From NCBI RefSeq assembly GCF_006345805.1, contig NC_043010.1, forward strand, positions 25,916,001-25,980,000: a stretch of 64,000 nt of DNA, written 5' to 3'. A program made the translations under genes and the position numbers. Every line of letters begins with the position of its first letter. The first letter of the stretch is position 1. This document shows, piece after piece, positions 1 to 10,520 of this stretch. A model generated the notes under the pieces. The model was not told where the DNA came from. It did not search any database and saw nothing but the letters and a program-made list of their open reading frames with translations. This DNA comes from Octopus sinensis. Lineage: Eukaryota.

Positions 1-1166
1 TCTAATCTGTGCTGCCCAAGAGCAAGCACTAAGAACAAACTATATAAAATACAGAATAGACAACACATCAGAAAGTGATAAGTGCAGAATCTGTGGACAA
101 AATGGTGAAACCGTATGGCATATTACTAACCAATGTACACCACTAGTCAAGAAGGAATATAAGAGATGCCATGAGAATATAGCCAGGCTTGTCCATTGGA
201 CACTTTGCAACAAATATGGACTTGACAGAGCAAAAAATTGGTACGACCACACACTCAAAGGCATCACCGAAAATAAAAATGCAAAGATCCTATGGGATTT
301 TATGATTCAGTGTGACCATGAGATAGAGGATAGGAAACCAGTGAGTAAAAATCTTGAGAAGTACGTGGAACAAATAAGGGCTGCAATAAGGGTGGAGCAC
401 ATGCAGAAAACAGCACTGCTTGGAACTGCTTGAATACTCCAGAAGGTCCTTGAAAAATAAGAGGTGTTACCTTAGTTCACTGGTAGTGAACAACTGACAC
501 CGTAGTACATCTCCAACAAATATGGACTTGACAGAGCAAAAAATTGGTACGACCACACACTCAAAGGCATCACGAAAATAAAAATGCAAAGATCCTATGG
601 GATTTTATGATTCAGTGTGACCATGAGATAGAGGATAGGAAACCAGTGAGTAAAAATCTTGAGAAGTACGTGGAACAAATAAGGGCTGCAATAAGGGTGG
701 AGCACATGCAGAAAACAGCACTGCTTGGAACTGCTTGAATACTCCAGAAGGTCCTTGAAAAATAAGAGGTGTTACCTTAGTTCACTGGTAGTGAACAACT
801 GACACCGTAGTACATCTCCAACAAATATGGACTTGACAGAGCAAAAAATTGGTACGACCACACACTCAAAGGCATCAACGAAAATAAAAATGCAAAGATC
901 CTATGGGATTTTATGATTCAGTGTGACCATGAGATAGAGGATAGGAAACCAGTGAGTAAAAATCTTGAGAAGTACGTGGAACAAATAAGGGCTGCAATAA
1001 GGGTGGAGCACATGCAGAAAACAGCACTGCTTGGAACTGCTTGAATACTCCAGAAGGTCCTTGAAAAATAAGAGGTGTTACCTTAGTTCACTGGTAGTGA
1101 ACAACTGACACCGTAGTACATCTCCAGCGTTAGAAGCTGTGCAAAGGCAATAATAATAATAATAAT
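1..1166 (+). mobile_element. R4/Dong-type (RLE) non-LTR retrotransposon 3' end with ~306-bp tandem triplication
   Basis: Frame +2 from base 2: LICAAQEQALRTNYI...CRICGQNGETVWHITNQC (CCHC knuckle)...KILWDFMIQCDH. Repeat units start at 208, 514 and 819; ends in (AAT)n at ~1148-1166. Confidence 0.85.
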
Positions 1167-1590
1167 TCAGTGCAACCATGAGACAGAGAATAGGAAACCA
1201 GACATAGTCTTAATTGAGAAAGAAAACAAACTATGCTGGATCATAGTTATAGCAGACCCAGCTGACAACAAGGTAGATAAGGAAGAAAGAAAAGTCAAGA
1301 GATGTGACAGGTTAGCTTGGGAAGTTAAGCAGTTGTGGTTGATGAAAAAGGCAGCAGTAGTACCAATAATTGTCAGAGCCTTGGGAACAGTGAGCAAAAA
1401 TCTTGTAAATGGAACAATTAGGGGCTCCAATAAGGGTGCAGCACTTGCAGAAAACAACACTGCTTGGAACCGCTTGAATATTCCGGAAAGTGCTTGAAAA
1501 ATAAAGGGTGTTACCTTAGTTCACTGGTAGTGAACAGCTGATACCGTAGTACATCTCCAGCATTAGAAGCTGTGCAAAGGCAATAAGATA
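1167..1590 (+). mobile_element. Second R4/Dong-type 3' fragment retaining the RLE catalytic segment
   Basis: QCNHETENRKPDIVLIEKENKLCWII...VPIIVRALGTVSKNL; same 3' UTR (cttagttcactggtagtgaac...gctgtgcaaaggcaat) as the first copy. Confidence 0.8.
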
Positions 1591-1605
1591 TCATTATATT
1601 ATTCA

Positions 1606-1760
1606 ACAGAGATGAACTGGCAGAACTTTACAGCATCAGAAGTAATGCCTTTTGGAATTTATTCCAGCTGTTAACATTGAGTTCAAATCCCACAAAGGTC
1701 AGCTTTGCTCTTCATCTTTTTAGGGTCAAACAGCCATAAAATGCCAGTAGTTTACCCCTA
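1606..1760 (+). mobile_element. Decayed tRNA-derived SINE
   Basis: tggcagaac A-box-like and gagttcaaatccc B-box-like motifs, then ggtcagctttgctcttcatc; same family as 41148-41650 and the split SINE. Confidence 0.55.
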
Positions 1761-1979
1761 GTAACAGTATACTGTTGAGAGTTAAGTATTTTGGCTATAT
1801 GCACAGTGCAGGGGCCAAGCAATGCCAGGATATGAAAACTTGAGTCTTAAGCAAGTAAATCTACTCTCACTGCTTACCTATTTGGCGAGCAGCAACTCCC
1901 AACAAAACCACATAAAGTACCAAAAAAAAAAGGTAAATAAATGACTAAACAACAGCAATAAATAACTTTAAAGGATTAC

Positions 1980-2098
1980 CTTTTTCTTCTTTTTTTTTAC
2001 AACATCTAAACTTCCACTACCAGCATCATCATCATCATCATCATCATCATCACCATTGTTATCATCACTTTCACCATTCTCATCTCCATCACCTTTTT
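1980..2098 (-). CDS. NCAPH: NCAPH coding exon 5 (acidic/basic linker)
   Basis: 119 nt, phase 1/0, in frame with exon 4; KGDGDENGESDDNNG-D9-AGSGSLDVVKKKKKK; donor AAG|GTAATC. The acceptor (ttctctttctgcaaacaataaAG) is weak. Confidence 0.75.
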
Positions 2099-2327
2099 CT
2101 TTATTGTTTGCAGAAAGAGAAATATAAATAATATAAATAAATAAATCAGTTTTGGTGGTACTACCATCACTGCCACCAACAGCACCAACAACATATGTAA
2201 TTACTGACACACTGACAGACAGATTGACAGGGAATTAGATTGAAGATTGATTACTAGAAAGACAGACAGAAAGATAATGAAAGTTGGACATTAGAATGAC
2301 GATGATGATGATGCAAACTGCTCTTAC

Positions 2328-2442
2328 TTTTCTTCTTATTGCCACAACTTAAAGTACTGAGGACTTTGTATGTCTCAGAGTGTATAGCATCAACCCGACT
2401 AGCATAGATTTTGGCACTGGCATCTAGTGTGGTACCGGCAAC
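2328..2442 (-). CDS. NCAPH: NCAPH coding exon 4
   Basis: tttattccAG| acceptor and A|GTAAGA donor; 115 nt, phase 0/1; VAGTTLDASAKIYASRVDAIHSETYKVLSTLSCGNKKK (kleisin motif, cf. [21 protein letters not shown]). Confidence 0.95.
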
Positions 2443-2554
2443 CTGGAATAAACAAAAACAAAATATTCCAACATCAGATTAAAAGAGAGGACACATATAC
2501 ACACTTGCTCCGTGTAATGGTGCAATGAAATTAGTTGATTGACTTTCGGTAAAT

Positions 2555-3466
2555 AGATATGTCTATATATATATGTATATATACATGTAGAGGTAGGTAC
2601 GTACATATATGTATGTATATATGCATGTTTTATTTATTTATTTAATTATATATTTATATATGACGGAACGCACGCATCCATTTCGAAGTAAGATTGTTCT
2701 TAATATTAATAATGATGCACACTCTTAACCTTTCTCTCCCCAACCCTTTCTCAGCCTTCATTCTTTTGGCTTTCCTTTTCTTCTACCTTACTGTCTCTCC
2801 CTCTCTCTCTCATTCTTCATTCTTTTCTCTACAACCATCCCTTTTCTCTCCCTTTCTCTTACTCCTACTCCCCCGTCCCGTTGCGGTCACGTGATGAGGT
2901 GCCTATTTCTGTCTTTCTTCTCCGGCTTCCTCCAAGTAGAGACGGTAAATCTGTTGCTCTGCCGTTCTCAAAGAATAGCGTTCGTAAAAAATTTTTATCT
3001 TGTTTGGCTTAACAGCCCTTCTTGTTTGTGTTACTGTTATTCTCTGTGTCCTGTCTTTTATTGTTTATATTTTGTACTGTCGTTACTGTCCTGTTTTTGT
3101 TACCATTTTTACCCCTCCGCAAAAAAATCTCAAATTTTATTTAATTTGATTTTCGCGGGAAGGAAAATTTCATTGAAGTCATGTATCGCCTTGACCTTCG
3201 AAACATAGAGTAGATGAAATTAAGGCAACTGAAGACGGGGAATTTTCCTTGTTTTGTATGTCCTGTACTCTATTTTTTCGTTGTTTAAAAAAAATATCCA
3301 TTTCCTTGGTTTTGTGTTTATGTTTTCGTTTCTCATTGTGTTCAACATTTTTTGGGTGTCCTGTACCCATATATGCATGTAGAGGTAGGTACGTACATAT
3401 ATGTATGTATATATGCATATGTTTTATTTATTTATTTAATTATATATTTATATATATATATATATA
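2555..3466 (+). mobile_element. Non-coding 792-bp tandem unit (1.1 copies), putative non-autonomous Penelope derivative
   Basis: catgtagaggtaggtacg recurs at 2584 and 3376 (period 792); reverse-complement copy at 52741-53883; eroded hammerhead motif at 3166-3221. Confidence 0.6.
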
Positions 3467-3645
3467 CTAGCAGTATCGCCCGGCGTTGCTCGGGTTGTAA
3501 GGGAAATAAATATATAAGCATTTTTAGAGAGTTATAGCCAAAAAATAGCAAAAAAATGCATTAAAAATTGAAAAAAAATTAAGGTAAATTTTTTTTAAAT
3601 CGTTGACACATCGTAGATATTTTTAGAGAGTTACTTCCCTTATAT

Positions 3646-6001
3646 CAGTGATTCCCAAGGTGGGGCCTGAGAAAATTCAGGTGGGGCGCGGGGCATAGAA
3701 GTGGGCTGTGAAAATATGTGTACATGACGAGCGGTCATCGCGGGCACAACCTTAGATTCCGTCTTTCCTTTGAAGCCTCCACATCGGAAACTCTCGCACC
3801 CCAGCGAGACAAAGAAGATCCCGCACTGAGCAATAAACTTACTATTCAGATAAGCCAATCAATTGCCTCAATTAGTTTGCCTCAATTAGTCTTTTGTTAG
3901 CCCTATTGAAAATGAGCAAACCAAACAAGAAGAAGACTCGTCAATACGCGGTGGAGTTTTTGAAGTTTGGATTCATTCCTGATGAGCATGATGAGCGTAA
4001 ACCGTTTTGCTTATTATGTAATCAGACGATGAGCAATGAGTCAATGAAGGCAGGTAGGCTGGAAGCGCACTTAAAGGTAAGACATCCTAATAATTCTAAT
4101 TTAGATTTGGAATACTTCAAATCATTGAAAGAAAAATTTAAAAACCGAACAAAACTCACTTCACTATTTCATGCAAAACAAGCGCCTCATACTCGTGCCC
4201 TTGAAGCCAGCTACGAAATCTCCTTGCTTATAGCAAAACATGGAAAGAATCACACTATTGGAGAGCAACTGATTAAACCTGCTATCTCAATATTCTTAAA
4301 AACTGTATTACAAAAAGATGATTGAGATATCAGGACTATGCCACTCAGTAATAACACTGTCTCGAACAGAATAGATGAAATGGGGCAAGATGTTGAAAGC
4401 CAGCTCATTGAGAAATTAAAATTGCGTAAGTTTTCATTACAAATGGACGAATCCACAATCCGGGACAGTGAGGCTCTGTTATTGACTTATGTGAGGTATA
4501 TTGACCACGAGGAGTTTCAGGAAGAGATGCTGTTCTGCGAATCGTTTGAAACCACCACAACTGCAAATGATATTTACATCAAAATCAAACATTATTTGGA
4601 TGCAAACAAAATACCAAAGGAAAACTTACTGGCATGTGCGGCAGACGGTGCACCTGCCATGATGGGCAAGAATACGGGATGCTTAAAAATGATGAAGGAT
4701 GAAAATCCAAACATGTTGACTGTCCATTGTGTAATACACCGAGAAAACTTGGTTGCCAAGAAATTGTCCCCTGTTCTTAACAAGATTCTTCAAAGTGTGA
4801 TCAAGTGTGTCAACAGCATTAAAAGAAATTCTAAATCTGAACGTCTTTTTAAGCAGTTTTGTATAAATCAAAGTGCCGAACATGTTCGATTATTGCTTCA
4901 TACAGAAGTAAGATGGCTATCAAGTGGAAACTGCTTAAAGAGGTTCATGGAATTATTTGATCAGATTAACGACTTTCTTAGTGATAAATGTGAAATGAAA
5001 TTGCTGTCAACAACGGATGGAAAAGCATTTGTCAGTTATTTGACAGACATATTTGAGAAACTTGGAAACTTGAATAAACAACTTCAAGGTGCAAACATGA
5101 CACTTATTGATGCAAAAGCAAAGATTTTTGGATTTATTACAGCTCTCGAATTATGGAAAAAGAAATTTTCCAAAAGAAATTTCAGTGAACTTTACTGGTT
5201 GAGTAAATGTGAAATAACGAATGATGCTGGCATTGTAATTATTGATCATTTAAATATCTTGATAAAGGATTTCAATGACAGATTTTGCGATTTAAAGGCA
5301 ATGAATTTTCCTTCTTGGTTAACTCAACCGCTTCTGATTAACGTTTCTGATGCTACAATCCAATACCAAGAAGAGTTATCAGAATTACAACATGATGAAT
5401 CAGTGAAGACTTTGTTTAAATTGAAAGGTACAAAGATGTGGCTATATGACGAGGTTGAAAGAAAATATCCTAAAATTTCTACATCAGCGAGAGAGCTACT
5501 GATTCCTTTCCCTTTGTCTTATTTGGTCGAATGTGGTTTTAGTGCAGTTGATAATTTGCTCGAAGCCAAGAGAAACCAGCTTGAGATTACAAAATGTGGC
5601 GATTTACGACTGAAATTAACAAAGTTGTCTCCTCAAATTAAAAACTTGTGCTGTATGCATCAGGCACAGGGTTCTCACTAAATTAGTCGAGCTGACCGTC
5701 AAATAATTGAACTGAAAAAACGTGTTTCTTTATTCTTTATAAATTGACATTTTTTAAAAACATGAGAAATCGTAATAATTTTATCGATTTATTGGGTGTT
5801 ATGCACTTTCAGTGCCTGTTGTTTCAATTCTCAAACTATTTTTTTGTATTTTGAATACAATTTTTTAATTTTTGATTTTTTTTTCAATTGTAAGTAGGCC
5901 CACATGTACTTGTAAATGTGAGTGGACATGGGAAAAGGTGGGGCGTAAAAACTTTTGCTATGAAAAAGTGGGGCGCCGGGAAAAAAGGTTGGGAAACACT
6001 G
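3646..6001 (+). mobile_element. hAT DNA transposon, Buster/Charlie group, full length (2356 bp)
   Basis: TIRs cagtgattcccaa / (rc) cagtgtttcccaa (12/13); perfect 8-bp TSD CCTTATAT (3638-3645, 6002-6009) with central TA. Confidence 0.97.
3912..5681 (+). pseudogene. hAT transposase with one in-frame TGA (4323-4325)
   Basis: BED finger CLLC...HLKVRH; catalytic QMDEST, AADGAPAM, YLVECGFS; HCVIH (CxxH); VRW. The two track ORFs are in the same frame, 12 nt apart. Confidence 0.93.
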
Positions 6002-6229
6002 CCTTATATAAAAGCGAAAAAAATGCATTAAAATGGAAAAATATGATGGTAAATTTTTTTAAAATCGTAGACTCATCGTAGACGCACGCTAATACCCAGA
6101 AGGGCTCGATATGAATCACGACTATAAGATACCCGCTTTTGGTTAAACTGCACCGCAAAATGTGGGAGTAGTTAGGAATCTAAATCGTAGGAGACAGACA
6201 CACAACTTCACTCTTATATAAAGATGCTT

Positions 6230-7345
6230 TTTTTTTTTTCAGTCATAGAGTTAGATTTATGAAGGTCTTCAGTAGAAAATCCTCGAATTCTGACATTTTT
6301 TGTCAGAATTACAAATTTTGAAAACACAATAGGAACAAATTTCGGAAAAAATCTCCCATAATTCACGGAATTAAAATTACACTTCGATTTTTGTACAAAA
6401 CTGTAGTTGAAGTGTTTACGAAGTATAATACGTGTTTCACGAATGTACTAAAGAGATTTGCTCTGATATTCTCATTTAAATATGAATAGGTAAATTCGGG
6501 CGGCTTGGTAACTATATATAAGTGTCGTCTGTTTATACATAAACACTGTTTCATACTGCAATTATATATACATATATCTATATATAATATTATATAATAA
6601 AATATATACAGAGTAAAATAAAAACCAATTTACCTTTTCTGTCCGTCCGTGTGTCTTTGCAAATGTGTTGGAATGATAAGTGAGTTGAGTTTTGGCGCCT
6701 TTTTTACTAATAACAAACACACACGTGTGTATGTAGTGTATTGTATGTAGTTGTATGTAGTTGTATGTGTATGCGTGTGTGTGAGGAATGCACACACACA
6801 CCACGCACGCACACATGTACATCAATGCTTTCGGAGTGTATGTAAAATATTGAGTTTTCTCGAATTTTGTCTTAATTGGTGTAATTGAAAAATTTTTTAT
6901 GGCATCACCCACTGAAGTACTCTGAAAAATCTTAGGTAAATTCTAATTGAAGAAATTGTGTGAGGATTAAATGGTTATGTATTTATTTGTTTTTGTTTGC
7001 TGTGTTTTTTTATTTTTTGAGTAGTGGTTTAAATACTTTCAGTTTAGTCTTCCTCAAATCACTCTGTCGCTATTTACTTTCATTTTATTCGTTGCCCACT
7101 GTGTGTGTGCGTTTGCGTGTGGTGTAAACCAGACTAAGAAAAGCATTTGACACACACACCAGAATGTGAGTTTTCTGTAAATTTTGCTTAATTGGAGTTT
7201 AAATTTTAAAAACTGGACCTGGCATGACGCGATGCATTGTACTCTTAAAAATGCTAGGTAAATTGTAATTGAAGAAATCCTATATTGTAGATTTCTATAA
7301 CTCCCAAAGGGAGGCAGATAAAATCTGCCTTTTATAATAAGAGAT
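6230..7345 (-). mobile_element. Possible decayed Helitron-like repeat
   Basis: Minus-strand start a|tctcttattataaaaggcag with hairpin aggcagataaatctgcct at ~7312-7330 resembles Helitron-like 5' ends; 3' end not found. Confidence 0.3.
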
Positions 7346-7387
7346 ATATATATATATACCTGATTTTGTAGAAGAAGAAAAAGAAGA

Positions 7388-7785
7388 AGGCGCAGGAGTG
7401 GCTGTGTGGTAAGTAGCTTGCTTACCAACTACATGGTTCCAGGTTCAGTCCCACAGCGTGGCACCTTGGGCATGTGTCTTCTACTATAGCCTCGGGCCAA
7501 CCAAAGCCTTGGTAGATGGAAACTGAAAGAGGCCTGTCGTATATATATATATAAATATATTTATGAGTGTTTGTGTGTCTGTGTTTGTCCCCACCCAACA
7601 TCACTTGACAACAAATGCTGGTGTGTTTACGTCCCCGTAACTTAGCAGTTCGGCAAAAGAGACCAATAGAATAAGCACTAGGCTTACATAGAATAAGTCC
7701 TGGGATCGATTTGTTCGACTAAAAGCAGTGCTCCAGCCTGGCTGCAGTCAAAATGACAGAAACAAGTAAAAGAATAAAAGAATAT
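7388..7785 (+). mobile_element. Octopus-type tRNA-derived SINE, full length
   Basis: Head gtggctgtgtggtaag...ggttcagtccc, internal (TA)/(GT) tract, tail gcagtgctccagcctggc...gaaacaagtaaaagaataaaaga. Confidence 0.85.
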
Positions 7786-7858
7786 ACATATATATATATA
7801 TACATACACACACAGTTAGATGTGTTAGCATTTACTTACAGGGAGAGCAATTACATAT

Positions 7859-7960
7859 CACCTGAGGAGATACTACTGGATCCCATTATACAGGTAAGCT
7901 GTAGCTTAATTTAAATCCTGTGTATATATGTATTTATGTTGTATTGAAACAGGTGTAGTG
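7859..7960 (+). ncRNA. Type I hammerhead ribozyme motif (pLTR-type)
   Basis: cac-CTGAGGA-gatac...(long loop II)...gtatt-GAAAC-aggt-GT-A-gtg: stem I 3 bp, stem II 5 bp, GUA cleavage triplet. Confidence 0.65.
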
Positions 7961-8059
7961 TTTATTAAATAGTTGTCTAAATGTACTCCTTCCTGTTGAC
8001 TCTACTTATTCCATTTTTATTTTTCACACACAAATATATATTATATATATATATATATA

Positions 8060-9497
8060 TATTGATAAAACGGTAAGATAACAAAAAAAAGAAAGAGACC
8101 TCAATATTATGTAAATAGAGGAAATTTATCTATACAATATGTTACATTACTCAGTAGTCAAGATAAAACTCTGAGTTTCAGATGCCGAAGTGGAAATCCA
8201 CAACACCATCTCTTCGGTTATCTGGCTATTTGAAAACGTTATGAAAAAATACCGTTAAAAATGAAGGGAAATTGCTCTGTTATAACTCTGCTTTGCCTGT
8301 GTACTTATACATCGCTCGCATTTTTCGTCATAAAAATTATATAAAAATACATAAAAATATATAAAAATATATAAAAATATATAAAATCTTCTTGGGACAT
8401 TACACAGAAAGCATGTTCTATCCGTTTTCTTTAGGGGACCAAAAACGTAACAGAAATTTAGTCACATGTGGGCATGATCCGAAAAGCTCTGTCCTTGTAT
8501 TTAGACATGTGGTAGGGTCTAAGCTGCTTTTCCAGATAAGCCATCTCTCCATGTCGCATAAACCGCACCTTCCGCTGCCGTTGGTATAGGGCTTACATCT
8601 GGCCAAAATCTTCCATTGTATGTTATAATCGACACCTTTATCTCTTAAAGACCAAATATGATTGGATAATTGTGTCGCTTTTCTTTTGTTCCAGTGCCTA
8701 AAGCTCAAAGTGTGGTTATTGAACCTGGCCTTGAAATTACCCTCTGTCAGGCCCACGTATTTCTTCGTCGAAACGGTGTCTTTAGTGGTTATAGAGTTTA
8801 CGGTAGCTTCATATATGATGGTCTTGGACATGCAAGCTCCATTTAGCGGGCACAATTCTTTATTCCTGCATGAACAGCTGTTTTCTTCTTGTGTTTTTTG
8901 TATGTTATGATTGATTATGTTTTTAAATTTGGTAGTTGAACTAAAACTAATTTTTAAATTGTGTCTATTGAAGAGTTTCCTATAAGCATGGTTAACTGGA
9001 AAATGTCTATCTATCAGTGCTAGGAAATATTTACCTATATTGAAGGCCACCTCGGGTGAGTAAGGGGGCGTAAACCAGATGACCTTCCTATTTCTATTAT
9101 TCCTTTTCCTTATTGTTGGGCTGGTGATAGGTGTATATTTTATTTTTTCGCTAAAACCACTATCTTTTAAAGCTTTATTATAAACTGGGGCAACGCTATT
9201 GAAGATGTCCTCATTAGATGAGAGGCTAGAAATCCTCTTACTAATATTTTTAACTAAATTTTTGAATACTATAGGGGGATGGCATGAACCTACATTAATA
9301 TAACTTAGTCTATCATTGGGCTTCCTATAAGGCTTATAAATATTATTATTAAGATCTAAGGAAACGTCTAAGAAGTTGACAACCGTCAGGTTAGTGTCTA
9401 TAGTTATACTAAGTCCGAAGTGTTTCATTAACTGGATAATATCCTTCCTGAAACTCAGAGTTTTATCTTGACTACTGAGTAATGTAACATATTGTAT

Positions 9498-9501
<4 letters not shown>
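8060..9501 (-). mobile_element. 5'-truncated Penelope-like element (RT thumb + GIY-YIG), ORF 9428-8418
   Basis: NFLDVSLDL, YRKPND..YINVGSCHPP, IIYEATV...KKYVGLTEGNFKARF, CGLC; 54-bp perfect inverted copy of the 3' pLTR (8128-8181 vs 9448-9501). Confidence 0.92.
8161..8223 (-). ncRNA. Hammerhead-like motif in Penelope pLTR (U4C core variant)
   Basis: agataa-CCGAAGA-gatg...catc(t)-GAAAC-tcaga-GT-T-ttatct: stem I 6 bp perfect, stem II has an extra U, GUU triplet. Confidence 0.55.
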
Positions 9502-9536
<35 letters not shown>

Positions 9537-10245
9537 GCGGACTGAGCCATCAGTTGATCAGGCACTGCCCGAGGAACCCGCACTCCACATTAACTCTACT
9601 GATATCAATGCTAAGGGGCCTGGTAAACAGTTATGCCCGAGGGCCCTTAATACTCTCAGTCTATCCCTGATTATATATATATTTATACACACACACATTT
9701 GCACATGTGCACACACACACATGCATGTGTGCACACACACACACATGTATGCATATGCACATACACATACACACACACACACACAGAATAATCCGTCGCT
9801 GTATCGTAGTTTATTATTTAAACTTACGTTGATTCTTCCGTGGTGTTGTTTTGCATTTATAATACAATAAATATATACAAATTATAAAAATAATAATAAA
9901 AATATACAGTACGGTGCTGTTTCTACTCCGTGGATTTTCACCTATTGCAGAGGATTTTGGAACATAACCCCTGTGATAGTCAAGAGATTACTATATATAC
10001 CTGTATGCCCACCCCAAATAAGAAACTTGTAAAAACAAAAATATTTGCTGATCTTACAGACACACACAAATAGACAAACCAGAAGCTTCAAAATCAAAGC
10101 TATTAATTAGTCTCGTAACTACTTCCAATAATGATGTGTTAGAGAGGCTGGTCAAGTCCCACATCACATTGGTCAAGCCCCAAGTGAGATGTGGGATTTG
10201 ACCAGCCTCTTGCTTAAAGAAAAAGGAAAAACTTGTATGCCTCAC

Positions 10246-10332
10246 CTGAAAATCTCCCAGTTTTTTTCCTTTGAGAAGATCAGTCATATAGTCAATGAGA
10301 TGAAGACCAAATGCATTCTTTGTGGTGATTTT
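10246..10332 (-). CDS. NCAPH: NCAPH coding exon 3
   Basis: ttctAG| acceptor and CAG|GTGAGG donor; 87 nt, phase 0/0; KITTKNAFGLHLIDYMTDLLKGKKLGDFQ, the CAP-H signature motif. Confidence 0.95.
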
Positions 10333-10520
10333 CTAGAATTAGAAAATAAAGTAATAATTAACACATTGTGTTTATTATATTATAAAAACTCCAGAAGTAT
10401 GATTTATAAGTCAGTTCTGACAGGATTTGAAGCAAAAGTGGAGAGAGAAAGAAAGAGGAGGGAAGAGTAAGAGAGAGAGAGAGAGAGTATGTGTGTTAAA
10501 TGACTTATGCAACTACTCAA

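Larger units (their letters stand above)
3467..6224 (-). mobile_element. Non-autonomous Helitron-like element interrupted by a hAT transposon
   Basis: Minus-strand 5' TC at 6224, 3' hairpin (cccgagcaacgccggg) plus CTAG at 3467, A|T target; uninterrupted relative at 22099-22610. Confidence 0.8.

Noticed and set aside
1600-1970. Next NCAPH exon
   Set aside because: No minus-strand frame with kleisin-like sequence and both splice sites; the gene presumably continues left of the window.
3192-3240. Permuted (type II) hammerhead using the downstream CTGAAGA at 3229
   Set aside because: The intervening 16 nt cannot form stem I and the first stem II pair is mismatched; kept only as an eroded type I motif.
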